Shown here one piece after another: positions 37,251-44,804 of a stretch of 49,122 nucleotides of DNA (positions are counted from its first letter, which is position 1; every line of letters starts with the position of its first letter). Made by a program: the position numbers and the translations under genes. The notes beneath the pieces are model-generated. The model did not search any database, had not been told where the DNA came from, and saw only the letters and a program-made list of their open reading frames with translations. Origin of the DNA: an uncultured Alphaproteobacteria bacterium (GTDB lineage Bacteria; Pseudomonadota; Alphaproteobacteria; CALKHQ01); assembly GCA_937988735.1 (NCBI GenBank), contig CALKHQ010000337.1, forward strand, positions 1 through 49,122, given 5' to 3'.

Positions 37251-37994
37251 ATGATGAGAACGCTGTTCGCTTCTTTCGGCGCCGTTGCGCTCCTGGGAGC
37301 GTCATCGGCCGCCTTTCCCGCCTGGTCGCAGGAAGGTCACGACTGGTCGGGCGCATATGTTGGCGTGCACGGCGGCCATGCGTGGGGCGCCTCCGAATAC
37401 ACGGATGCCGAATACAACGGCGGCTTCCTGATCTATCCGGTCGTGAACTGGGATGTCGGCTCGGACGGTCCGCTGGCAGGCATCCACGGCGGATACAACC
37501 TGCAGCACGGCAGCTTCGTGGTCGGCATCGAGGGCGAGCTCGGTTATCTCGGCCTCGACGGATCGGCGATGCAGCCGGGCGTGGATCCGGTGGGCGTCGC
37601 CTATGACGCGGGCGGCGTGATCGAGAAGGGCCTGTACGGGGGCCTCAGCCTCCGGCTGGGAGTCGCCTTCGACCGTACCCTGCTCTACGGCAAGGGCGGG
37701 GCGGTCTATTCGACCGCCAAGGTGGGCTTCCTCGACGCCTGCGATGTTGCCCCGTGCGGCAATATCCTGTTCGACGCGTCCGAGGAGGCAGGCTGGGGCT
37801 ATCAGCTCGGCGGCGGCGTCGAGCATGCCCTCACCGACAACTGGTCGATCCGGGGTGAGTACTCCTACCTCGACTTCGGCAGTGTGGGCATCGACGGCAC
37901 GATGGTCGGCGGCGGGCGGACGGGCGATCCCGCCCATGTCGATGCCGATCTGGCCGTCCATGCCTTCCGCATCGGCGTGAACTACGACTTCTGA
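37251..37994 (+). CDS. outer-membrane beta-barrel protein (OMP_b-brl / Omp25-Omp31-RopB type)
   Basis: Signal peptide MMRTLFASFGAVALLGASSAAFPAWS. Blocks WSGAYVGVHGGHAW and GIHGGYNLQ. Terminal motif AFRIGVNYDF ending in Phe. Confidence 0.85.
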   Translation: MMRTLFASFGAVALLGASSAAFPAWSQEGHDWSGAYVGVHGGHAWGASEYTDAEYNGGFLIYPVVNWDVGSDGPLAGIHGGYNLQHGSFVVGIEGELGYLGLDGSAMQPGVDPVGVAYDAGGVIEKGLYGGLSLRLGVAFDRTLLYGKGGAVYSTAKVGFLDACDVAPCGNILFDASEEAGWGYQLGGGVEHALTDNWSIRGEYSYLDFGSVGIDGTMVGGGRTGDPAHVDADLAVHAFRIGVNYDF

Positions 37995-38073
37995 CCGCCC
38001 GGCGGCGGGACGTTGCCGGACCGGCGGTCCGGATGCGACACTGCCTGCCGGCCGGGAAGGGGAGGGCAGCACC

Positions 38074-38301
38074 ATGCCGGGCGCAGGACGATGGACGGCC
38101 CTGCTTGCAGGACTGGCGGCGGGCGCCGCGCTCGCCGGGTGCCAGCGTGCCGCGCCGCCGCCGTCCGCCGCGACCGACCGCGGCTGCCTTTACGGCACGG
38201 CAGAGGAGCTGGCGTCCTGCGAGACCTACGATAACGAGCCGGAGCAGTGCCGCATCGCCGGGGGGCTCTACGACGCCGCCACCGGCCGCTGCCTCCGCTA
38301 G
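38074..38301 (+). CDS. small lipoprotein with four mature-region cysteines, unknown function
   Basis: 75 aa. The lipobox is LAGC in MPGAGRWTALLAGLAAGAALAGC. GC3 is high. Mature Cys residues occur in the pattern C-x11-C-x9-C-x13-C. Confidence 0.55.
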   Translation: MPGAGRWTALLAGLAAGAALAGCQRAAPPPSAATDRGCLYGTAEELASCETYDNEPEQCRIAGGLYDAATGRCLR

Positions 38302-38402
38302 CCGGGCTGTCGGCGTCCCGCGGCACGATCACCGCTACCGTCCGCGCGTCTCCCGGGCTACCTGTTCCGGCATTGTCGTCCATCGCGAATCGGGAGGAAC
38401 GG

Positions 38403-39407
38403 ATGAGCCTGGGGATCGGAGTCATCGGCGCCGGCGTGATGGGCGCCGATCACGCGCGGACCATCGCCGCACAGGGCGGCATGCGCGTGGTCGCCGTGTG
38501 CGATCCCGACCGCGCCCGGGCGGAGGCCTCCGCCGCCAATGCGGGCGGCGCGCGGGTGGAGACCGATCCGCATGCGGTGATCGGGGCGGAGGACGTCGAT
38601 GCCGTCCTCGTCGCCTCGCCCGACGAGACCCACGCCGAATACACCCTCGCCTGCATCGCCGCCGGCAAGCCGGTGCTGTGCGAGAAGCCGCTGGCTGCCT
38701 CGATCGCGGAATGCGAGCAGGTGATCGAGGCCGAGCAGAAGGCCGGCCGGCGGCTGGTCCAGGTCGGCTTCATGCGCCGCTTCGACCCGGCCTATGTGGA
38801 CATGAAGCAGCGCCATGCGGAGGGCGGCCTGGGCAACGCGCGCCTGCTGCACTGCATCCACCGCAACGCCTCGGCGCCGGTTTTCTTCAAGGGGCTGATG
38901 ATCATCACCAACGCCGCGGTGCACGAGTTCGACATCTGCCGCTGGCTGCTGGAGGCGGAGATCACCCGCATCCACGTCCACCGCAGCCGTCCGACGGCCG
39001 CGGGCGCTGCCGCCTTCGAGGACCCGCTGCTGATCGCGCTGGAGATGGACCGCGGTCAGCTCGTGGATATCGAGGTCTATGTCAACTGCGGCTACGGCTA
39101 CGACATCCGCACCGAGCTGGTCTGTGACCGGGGCACGCTGACCATGCTGCCGCCGCACCTGTCGGAGCTGCGCCAGGCGGGCGGCACCGCCTTTGCCTTC
39201 GCCCCCGACTGGCGCCAGCGCTTCCGCGACGCCTACCGGCTTCAGGCGTGCGGCTGGCGCGACTCGATCCTCTCCGGCAGGCCGGTCGGCGCCAGCGCCT
39301 GGGACGGCATGGTCGCCACCATCGTCGCCGAGGCCGGCTGCAGGGCGCTGGAGACCGGACAGGGCGAGGCGATCAGCCTGCCGCCGCGGCCCGCGTTCTA
39401 CGCCTGA
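38403..39407 (+). CDS. Gfo/Idh/MocA family oxidoreductase (inositol 2-dehydrogenase-like)
   Basis: Starts at ATG 38403 inside ORF 38247..39407 (MSLGIGVIGAGVMGADHARTI...). Blocks VLCEKPLA and GFMRRFDPAY, as in IolG/IdhA-like enzymes. Confidence 0.85.
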   Translation: MSLGIGVIGAGVMGADHARTIAAQGGMRVVAVCDPDRARAEASAANAGGARVETDPHAVIGAEDVDAVLVASPDETHAEYTLACIAAGKPVLCEKPLAASIAECEQVIEAEQKAGRRLVQVGFMRRFDPAYVDMKQRHAEGGLGNARLLHCIHRNASAPVFFKGLMIITNAAVHEFDICRWLLEAEITRIHVHRSRPTAAGAAAFEDPLLIALEMDRGQLVDIEVYVNCGYGYDIRTELVCDRGTLTMLPPHLSELRQAGGTAFAFAPDWRQRFRDAYRLQACGWRDSILSGRPVGASAWDGMVATIVAEAGCRALETGQGEAISLPPRPAFYA

Positions 39408-39449
39408 GCGGCCGGCCCCGTCGCCGGGCAGGGACGGGGTGACGGCCGG

Positions 39450-40664
39450 TCACCCCTTCACGCACACCACCTGGCGCAGGGTGTGGACGATCTCCACCAG
39501 GTCGGCCTGCGCAGCCATCACCGCGTCGATGTCCTTGTAGGCGCCGGGTGTTTCGTCCAGCACGCCCTGGTCCTTGCGGCACTCGATGCCGGCGGTGGCG
39601 GCGGCGTGGTCGGCGAGGGTGAAGCGGCGCTTCGCCTCCTCGCGCGACATCCGGCGGCCGGCCCCGTGCGAGCAGCTCTCGAAGCTTTCCGGGTTGCCCA
39701 GCCCGCGCACGATGTAGGAGCGGGCGCCCATCGAGCCGGGGATGATGCCGAGCTCGCCCCTGCCCGCGCGCACCGCGCCCTTGCGGGTGACCCACACCTC
39801 CGCGCCGAAGTGGCGCTCGCGCGCCACGTAATTGTGGTGGCAGTTCACCGCCTTCGCGCCGAAGCGGAACGGCGGCAGCATCTCGCGCAGGACGCCCAGC
39901 ACCCGGTCCATCATCTGCCGGCGGTTCTCGGCGGCGAAGGCCTGGGCGAAGCCGACGGCCGTGACGTAGTCGTCGAAGGCCTCGCTGCCCTCGTCCAGCC
40001 ACGCCAGCGCCTGGTCCTCGAGCCCGATGCCGGCCCTGCGCACCGTCTCCTTCGCCGCGGCGATGAAGTACATGCCGATCCGGTTGCCCAGCCCGCGCGA
40101 GCCGGAGTGCAGCATCACCCACAGCCGGTCGTTCTCGTCGAGGCAGAGCTCGATGAAGTGGTTGCCGGTGCCGAGCGTGCCGAGCTGCTCCCAGCTGTAG
40201 CCGCTCTCGAGCTTCGGGTGGCGCGCGCAGATCCGCCGCCACCCGGCTTGCAACCCGGCCCACGCCCGCTCCACCGCCGCCGGCGCGCCGCGGCGGCCCG
40301 GCTCCAGCCACGAGCCGCGCTTGCCCGGCCCGCCCACCGGCACCGCCCGCTCGATCGCCGCGCGCAGCGGGGCGAGACTGTCAGGGAGCTGGCTGGCGGT
40401 GAGCGTGGTCTCCACCGCCACCATCCCGCAGCCGATGTCCACTCCCACCGCCGCCGGCACGATCGCGCCGCGGGTCGGGATCACGCTGCCCACGGTAGCG
40501 CCCATGCCCCAGTGCACGTCGGGCATCAACGCGACATGGCGGTGAATGAACGGGAGGCGTGCGACATTGCCGAGCTGGACCAGCGCGTCCTCGCCGACCG
40601 GCACGCTCTTCACCCAGGTCTTCACCGGCCCGCCGCCGGTCTCGATCAGTTCATAGCCGCTCAT
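39450..40664 (-). CDS. rtcB: RNA 3'-phosphate/2',3'-cyclic phosphate ligase RtcB
   Basis: Starts at ATG 40664 inside ORF 39450..40907. Motifs MPDVHWGMGATVGS, DIGCGM, GTGNHFIE, HSGSRGLG, NCHHNY and SCSHGAGR. About 404 aa. No intein-like insertion seen. Confidence 0.95.
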   Translation of the reverse strand: MSGYELIETGGGPVKTWVKSVPVGEDALVQLGNVARLPFIHRHVALMPDVHWGMGATVGSVIPTRGAIVPAAVGVDIGCGMVAVETTLTASQLPDSLAPLRAAIERAVPVGGPGKRGSWLEPGRRGAPAAVERAWAGLQAGWRRICARHPKLESGYSWEQLGTLGTGNHFIELCLDENDRLWVMLHSGSRGLGNRIGMYFIAAAKETVRRAGIGLEDQALAWLDEGSEAFDDYVTAVGFAQAFAAENRRQMMDRVLGVLREMLPPFRFGAKAVNCHHNYVARERHFGAEVWVTRKGAVRAGRGELGIIPGSMGARSYIVRGLGNPESFESCSHGAGRRMSREEAKRRFTLADHAAATAGIECRKDQGVLDETPGAYKDIDAVMAAQADLVEIVHTLRQVVCVKG

Positions 40665-40733
40665 GTCCGCCTCCCTGCGCGCCGCTCCGGCCCGCCTGCC
40701 CGGGCCGCTTCCGTCGGGATCCGCGATGGCAAC

Positions 40734-40757
40734 AAAAAACCCCGCCGGCGGGCGGGG
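40734..40757 (-). terminator. Rho-independent terminator
   Basis: The minus strand reads CCCCGCC-CGCC-GGCGGGG followed by TTTTTTG (7-bp GC stem, tetraloop, U6 tract). It lies 225 nt downstream of the kinase stop (40983) and 69 nt upstream of the rtcB ATG. Confidence 0.7.
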
Positions 40758-40982
40758 TCGGTGGGAGGCGCCGGTGCGGCCGGCGGCGCTGTGCCCGCCC
40801 GCTACCGAAGCTCCTCGGCGCCCGCCGCGCCGGCCATGGCCTCTGCTGCCGCTGTCAAGGTCGCCGCTCCTGCGGGCTGGAGTTGAAGACCAAAGGGGTC
40901 GCGCCACCGGGGCGCGGGCCGCGGCGTATAGCGGAGGCGGCGCATGCGGTCAAGGATCGCGGTGCGGCAGGCCGCCGCCTGG

Positions 40983-42128
40983 TCAGGCGCGGGCCTGCTG
41001 CCGGGGGAGGGCGACACGCTCGGCCGGCAGCTCCGCGGTCACAAGCGTGCCCTGGCCGGGGGTGCTGGCGATCGCGACCGTGCCGCCGTGCAGATCGACG
41101 AACCGCTTGACGAGCGCCAGTCCCAGGCCGGCGCCCTCCACCGGGCGGCCGGCGTCGCCCTGGCGGAAGGGCTCGAACACGTGCGGCAGGAAGGCGGGGT
41201 CGATGCCGACGCCGCTGTCGGCGACGGTCAGCTCGGCCCGGCCGTTGACCAGCCGCCAGCACACTGCCACCCGGCCGCCGGCCGGGGTGAACTTGATTGC
41301 GTTGGAGACGAGGTTGACCATGACCTGGCGCAGCCGCTGCGGGTCGCCGAGCAGCAGGAACGGCTCGCCCTCCACCGCCAGCACCAGGTCCACGCCCGAG
41401 CGCAGCACCAGGTCGTCGAACAGGCTGCGGCACCACTCGTTCATCTCCAGCGGATCGACGACCCCTTCCTCCAGCTCCAGCCGGTCGGACTCGATCTTCG
41501 AGATGTCGAGGATGTCGTTGATCAGGCCCAGCAGGTGCCGGCCCGCCTCGCAGATGTCGCGGGCGTATTCCTTGTACTTGCTGCTGCTGTGCCGGCCGTA
41601 GAGCTCCTGCTCCAGCACCGTGCCGAAGCCGATGATGGCGTTGAGCGGAGTGCGCAGCTCGTGGCTCATGTTGGCGAGGAACTCGGACTTGGCACGGTTG
41701 GCCCGCTCCGCCTGCTCCTTCGCCGCCCGCAGCTCCTGCTGCGCCAGGATCAGGTCGGTGACGTCGGTCTGGATGCTGACGAAGCCGCCGGAGCGGGTGC
41801 GCCGGTCGGTGGCGCGGATCCAGCGGCCGTCGGCGAGCTGGACCACGAACGACCCCTCGAGGCTGTGCCGGTACTGCGCCTTGCGCTCAAGGTAGCTCTC
41901 GACGTCGCTGCCCTCGCCCATGACGACCTTGCCGCGGGTGACGTCCAGCCGGCCAAGCTCGCTGAAGTGCACGCCCGGCCGCGCCTCCTCGTCGGTGTAC
42001 TGGTAGAGCTGCTTGAAGGTCTGGTTGCAGGCGACGAGGCGGCCGTCGCGGTCGTAGACGACGAAGGCGTCCGAAATCTTGTCGAGCGCCTCTGCAATCG
42101 CCTGCAGGCTTTCCTCGTCCGCGATCAT
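40983..42128 (-). CDS. cytoplasmic PAS-domain sensor histidine kinase
   Basis: Starts at ATG 42128 inside ORF 40983..42662 ([35 protein letters not shown]..., PAS). It has the HisKA motif [19 protein letters not shown] and HATPase blocks [16 protein letters not shown] and GAGLGLALV. No TM segment. No response regulator is adjacent. Confidence 0.85.
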   Translation of the reverse strand: MIADEESLQAIAEALDKISDAFVVYDRDGRLVACNQTFKQLYQYTDEEARPGVHFSELGRLDVTRGKVVMGEGSDVESYLERKAQYRHSLEGSFVVQLADGRWIRATDRRTRSGGFVSIQTDVTDLILAQQELRAAKEQAERANRAKSEFLANMSHELRTPLNAIIGFGTVLEQELYGRHSSSKYKEYARDICEAGRHLLGLINDILDISKIESDRLELEEGVVDPLEMNEWCRSLFDDLVLRSGVDLVLAVEGEPFLLLGDPQRLRQVMVNLVSNAIKFTPAGGRVAVCWRLVNGRAELTVADSGVGIDPAFLPHVFEPFRQGDAGRPVEGAGLGLALVKRFVDLHGGTVAIASTPGQGTLVTAELPAERVALPRQQARA

Positions 42129-42205
42129 GCCCCCGACCCGATGCTCCTTCGCCGAGTTCCGGTGCGTGCAGCGCGCCGGCCCGGGGGGAACATAGGCAGG
42201 CGAAT

Positions 42206-42234
42206 CTGACAAAGTAATTAAACGGCCCGACAAT
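42206..42234 (+). promoter_or_regulatory. candidate sigma70-type promoter for the small ORF at 42335
   Basis: CTGACA (42206-42211), 17-nt spacer, GACAAT (42229-42234), inside the only AT-rich patch of the 206-nt divergent intergenic region. Sequence match only. Confidence 0.3.
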
Positions 42235-42334
42235 TGGCGGGGCGCGCCGCACCCTCCGCCCGCGGCACGGCCTTTTGCAGCGCCGGCCGGTCGGGTAAAC
42301 AGGCGGCACCGATTCCACGCCGCAGGGGACCAAG

Positions 42335-42523
42335 ATGGCAGGAGACAAGTCCGTCCACAGCTTCGAACTCGTCGACGACCAGGCCGCCTTTCTGGCGGAG
42401 ATGGCGGCGACCTACGACCTGCCCGACGCCGGCAAGGCCCTGCGCGTGCTGATCGACTATGCGATGCAGGAGGGCGACCGCGACGCCATCTTCTCGCAGG
42501 TCCGCTGCCTGCGCTGCGCCTGA
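42335..42523 (+). CDS. small hypothetical protein, possibly ribbon-helix-helix-like, with C-terminal CxxC
   Basis: 62 aa (MAGDKSVHSFELVDDQAAFLAEMAATYDLPDAGKALRVLIDYAMQEG...RCLRCA). GC3 is high. The strand-helix-helix pattern is my reading only. Confidence 0.45.
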   Translation: MAGDKSVHSFELVDDQAAFLAEMAATYDLPDAGKALRVLIDYAMQEGDRDAIFSQVRCLRCA

Positions 42524-42570
42524 GCGGTGAGGGGCGCCTGGCTGCCCCCCCTGGCGCGCCTGAGACGTCG

Positions 42571-42594
42571 AAAAGTTCGCGGGAAGGTTCCCGC
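42571..42594 (-). terminator. candidate intrinsic terminator after the PLDc_N gene
   Basis: The minus strand reads GCGGGA-ACCT-TCCCGC followed by GAACTTTTCG. The stem is short (6 bp) and the U tract is interrupted. Confidence 0.4.
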
Positions 42595-42610
42595 CCGGGC
42601 AAGGCAGGGA

Positions 42611-42805
42611 TCAGGCGCGGCTGTAGCGTCGGCCGCCGCCGCTCGGCCCGAACAGCAGCCACGCGATGAAGCCGACCACCGGCAGCAGGAAGATGGCGAC
42701 CACCCAGATCACCTTGTTCCGGGTGGAGGCGTCGCTGCCGATGGTGCGCGCGATCGCGTAGACGTCGAGCAGGAACACGACAACCGCGAAAAAGCCTTCC
42801 AGCAT
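42611..42805 (-). CDS. PLD nuclease N-terminal domain (PLDc_N) small membrane protein
   Basis: Starts at ATG 42805 inside ORF 42611..42841. MLEGFFAVVVFLLDVYAIARTIGSDASTRNKVIWVVAIFLLPVVGFIAWLLFG shows the two-TM layout and the W..VI.L.P..G...Y/W pattern of PLDc_N. Confidence 0.7.
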   Translation of the reverse strand: MLEGFFAVVVFLLDVYAIARTIGSDASTRNKVIWVVAIFLLPVVGFIAWLLFGPSGGGRRYSRA

Positions 42806-42887
42806 CGGGCCCTCCTGGATCGGTTCAGGCCCAACCTCCACGGTCGCCGATGGTTCCGGACGGGCACCTGCGCCGCCCTGCCGGCAG

Positions 42888-43259
42888 CTACTGCCGCAGG
42901 ATGCCGCTCAGGGGCCCGGACAGTCCGGGGCGCACCTGCAGCACGCTCCCGCCGCTGCTGCCTGGGCTGACGGTGATGCGGTCCGTCAGGTTCGGGTGGC
43001 TGCTCCGCGGCGAACAGTAGAGCAGCCGGCCGGTCTGGATCAGGCCGGTCTGCGGGTTCTCGATGTTGCAGGTCCGCCCTTCCAGCGCCCCGCAGCCATA
43101 TCCGCGGCTGTCGTAGGTGTCGTAGGAAGCGGTGCTTCCGGTGTCGCAGAAGCACTGGCAGCGGGTGTCGCTGGTGACGCCGTTGTCCAGCGCTGCCGCC
43201 GGCGCCGCGCTCGCGGCCAGGAGGGCCGCGGCGATGCTCGCAAGGATCCGCCTGTCCAT
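42888..43259 (-). CDS. small exported six-cysteine protein, unknown family (paralog 1)
   Basis: 123 aa. Signal peptide MDRRILASIAAALLAASAAPAAA. Mature-region motifs RCQCFCD, GYGCGALEGRTCNIENPQTGLIQTGRL and YCSP. C-terminus GPLSGILRQ. GC3 is high. Confidence 0.65.
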   Translation of the reverse strand: MDRRILASIAAALLAASAAPAAALDNGVTSDTRCQCFCDTGSTASYDTYDSRGYGCGALEGRTCNIENPQTGLIQTGRLLYCSPRSSHPNLTDRITVSPGSSGGSVLQVRPGLSGPLSGILRQ

Positions 43260-43351
43260 CCGTCGCTCCTTCAGCCCGCCCGGAGCCCCATCGCTCCGGT
43301 GGCAGCGCCTCTGTCGCCGATGGGGCGGTTCCGGTTCACGCCGGAGGTGAT

Positions 43352-43387
43352 GAACAGGAAAGCGGGCCGGCGTCGCTGCCGGCCCGC
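43352..43387 (-). terminator. candidate intrinsic terminator after paralog 2
   Basis: The minus strand has a 10-bp GC stem, GCGGGCCGGC-AGCGAC-GCCGGCCCGC, followed by TTTCCTGTTC. It starts 10 nt after the stop at 43398. Confidence 0.55.
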
Positions 43388-43397
43388 ATCGTCCGAG

Positions 43398-43778
43398 CTA
43401 CTGCCGCAGGATGCCGTTCAGCGGACCGATCAGGCCCGGCTGGATCCGCGGGCCGCTGCCCCCGCCGCCACCCGTGGTGCCGGGATCGAGGGTGAGGGTG
43501 CCGGTCGAGATCGACTGGCCGTTGGCGGGCGAGCAGCCCCACAGCCGGCCGGTCTCGATCAGACCGGTCTGCGGGTTCTCGATGTTGCAGGTCCGGTTCT
43601 CCAGCGCCCCGCAGCCGTAACCGACGCTGTCGTAGGTGTTGTAGGAGCCGGCGTTCGCCGTCTCGCAGAAGCAGTCGCAGCGGCCGTCGCCGACCACGAT
43701 GTTGTCGCGCGCCGCCGCCGGCGCCGCGCTCGCGGCCAGCAGGACCGCAGCCATGCCGAGAAGGATCCGCCTGTCCAT
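43398..43778 (-). CDS. small exported six-cysteine protein, unknown family (paralog 2)
   Basis: Starts at ATG 43778 inside the artefactual ORF 43398..44372. MDRRILLGMAAVLLAASAAPAAA signal; RCDCFCE, GYGCGALENRTCNIENPQTGLIETGRL and GCSP motifs; Gly-rich TTGGGGGSG; same C-terminus GPLNGILRQ. Confidence 0.65.
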   Translation of the reverse strand: MDRRILLGMAAVLLAASAAPAAARDNIVVGDGRCDCFCETANAGSYNTYDSVGYGCGALENRTCNIENPQTGLIETGRLWGCSPANGQSISTGTLTLDPGTTGGGGGSGPRIQPGLIGPLNGILRQ

Positions 43779-43903
43779 CCGTCGCTCCTTCAGCCCGCCC
43801 GGAGCCCCATCGCTCCGATGGCATGGACTGGGACGCGGCCGCGGCTGTCGTGGTTCAGAGCCGGGGTCGGGCGGGTTGTGACGCCGGTCACAGCCGGCCG
43901 GGC

Positions 43904-44305
43904 TCAGCCGGCACGGCAGTCGAGCACGATGGTCCACACCCGGTTGTTCACCGCGGTGCGGTTGACCGGCGCGGCGCAGGGCGCCTGGGGCAGGCAGAGC
44001 GCGCTGCCGGCAAAGCCGGCGCCCGCCGACCAGCCGTTGCAGCCCGTCGCAGAAAGCTGGCCGCAGGCGACGGTCGCGCCGCCGGGGCCGTCGATCCGCA
44101 CCGGGACCAGCCCTTCGGCGCAGCCGCCGCCGGCGAAACAGGCGCCGCCGGACGGCGTGGACCGGCTCAGCGTGCCGGGCGGGCAGTTGCCCGGGGCGCT
44201 GTCGCCGACCGAGATCGGATCGCCGTCGCCGGCGCCCCTGCAGGCGGCAAGCGCCGCCACCAGCCCCAGCACCGCCACGCCCGTCAGCCCCGTTCGCCTG
44301 CGCAT
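43904..44305 (-). CDS. cysteine-rich lipoprotein, unknown function
   Basis: 133 aa. The lipobox is LAAC in MRRRTGLTGVAVLGLVAALAAC. Nine further Cys residues follow in a Gly/Ala-rich mature region. GC3 is high. It is on the same strand as, and upstream of, the two paralogs. Confidence 0.6.
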   Translation of the reverse strand: MRRRTGLTGVAVLGLVAALAACRGAGDGDPISVGDSAPGNCPPGTLSRSTPSGGACFAGGGCAEGLVPVRIDGPGGATVACGQLSATGCNGWSAGAGFAGSALCLPQAPCAAPVNRTAVNNRVWTIVLDCRAG

Positions 44306-44438
44306 CGCTGCCTCCCCTCCGGGTGATGAGCAGGGAGTCTCGGCAGCATTGCCACCGTTTCAAGGGCGGCACGGCTGGCGGTGCGGGCGTGCCGGCCTAT
44401 AGTGGCGGCATCCCGACTCGTACAGCGGAGCCCGCCCC

Positions 44439-44786
44439 ATGACCCGTTTCCTCACCGTCCGCGCCGTCGTGCCGGCCCTGACCCTGCTGATGGCCGCCGC
44501 GCCTGCGGCCGCCACCACGATCAGCGCTTACGACCGGATGTCGGAGCAGGAGAAGCAGGCCGTCGTCGCCGGCGCGCTTGCCGCCTTCGCCCAGCGCCAC
44601 CCGGAGGCCGCCGCGTGCATCAGCGCCTACCGCGCGCCGGCGCCGGGCGGGGCCGCGCCGCGGATCGACCCGGACTTCGCCGGGCTGCTGGAGCGGTCCC
44701 GGGCCGTGGCGCCCGACGACCTGGAGGTGGAGAACCTCCTCGACGGGCTGATCATGGTGGAATGCGGCGTCGCCCCGGAGGAGTAG
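44439..44786 (+). CDS. small exported protein, unknown function
   Basis: 115 aa. Signal peptide MTRFLTVRAVVPALTLLMAAAPAAA. GC3 is high. Two Cys residues. Divergent from the lipoprotein gene. Confidence 0.55.
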   Translation: MTRFLTVRAVVPALTLLMAAAPAAATTISAYDRMSEQEKQAVVAGALAAFAQRHPEAAACISAYRAPAPGGAAPRIDPDFAGLLERSRAVAPDDLEVENLLDGLIMVECGVAPEE

Positions 44787-44804
44787 GCACCCGGGCGGCG
44801 CCGG

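Larger units (their letters stand above)
42888..43823. repeat. tandem duplication of gene plus 5' leader (period ~510-520 nt)
   Basis: The two CDSs are collinear. The 45 nt upstream of each ATG (43260-43304 vs 43779-43823) differ at one position. The first 18 nt and last 18 nt of the CDSs are identical, and a 32-nt internal block (cggacctgcaacatcgagaacccgcagaccgg) is identical. Confidence 0.85.

Noticed and set aside
40665-40733. Sigma54 (-24 TGGCAC / -12 TTGC) promoter upstream of rtcB, as in E. coli rtcBA
   Set aside because: No GG-N10-GC element with the right spacing is present, and no rtcR-like activator gene is in the window.
40802-41017. 71-aa minus ORF in the kinase-rtcB spacer
   Set aside because: It overlaps the kinase 3' end. 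It is Pro/Arg/Ala-rich, has mediocre GC3 and no RBS, so it is not convincing as a peptide gene.
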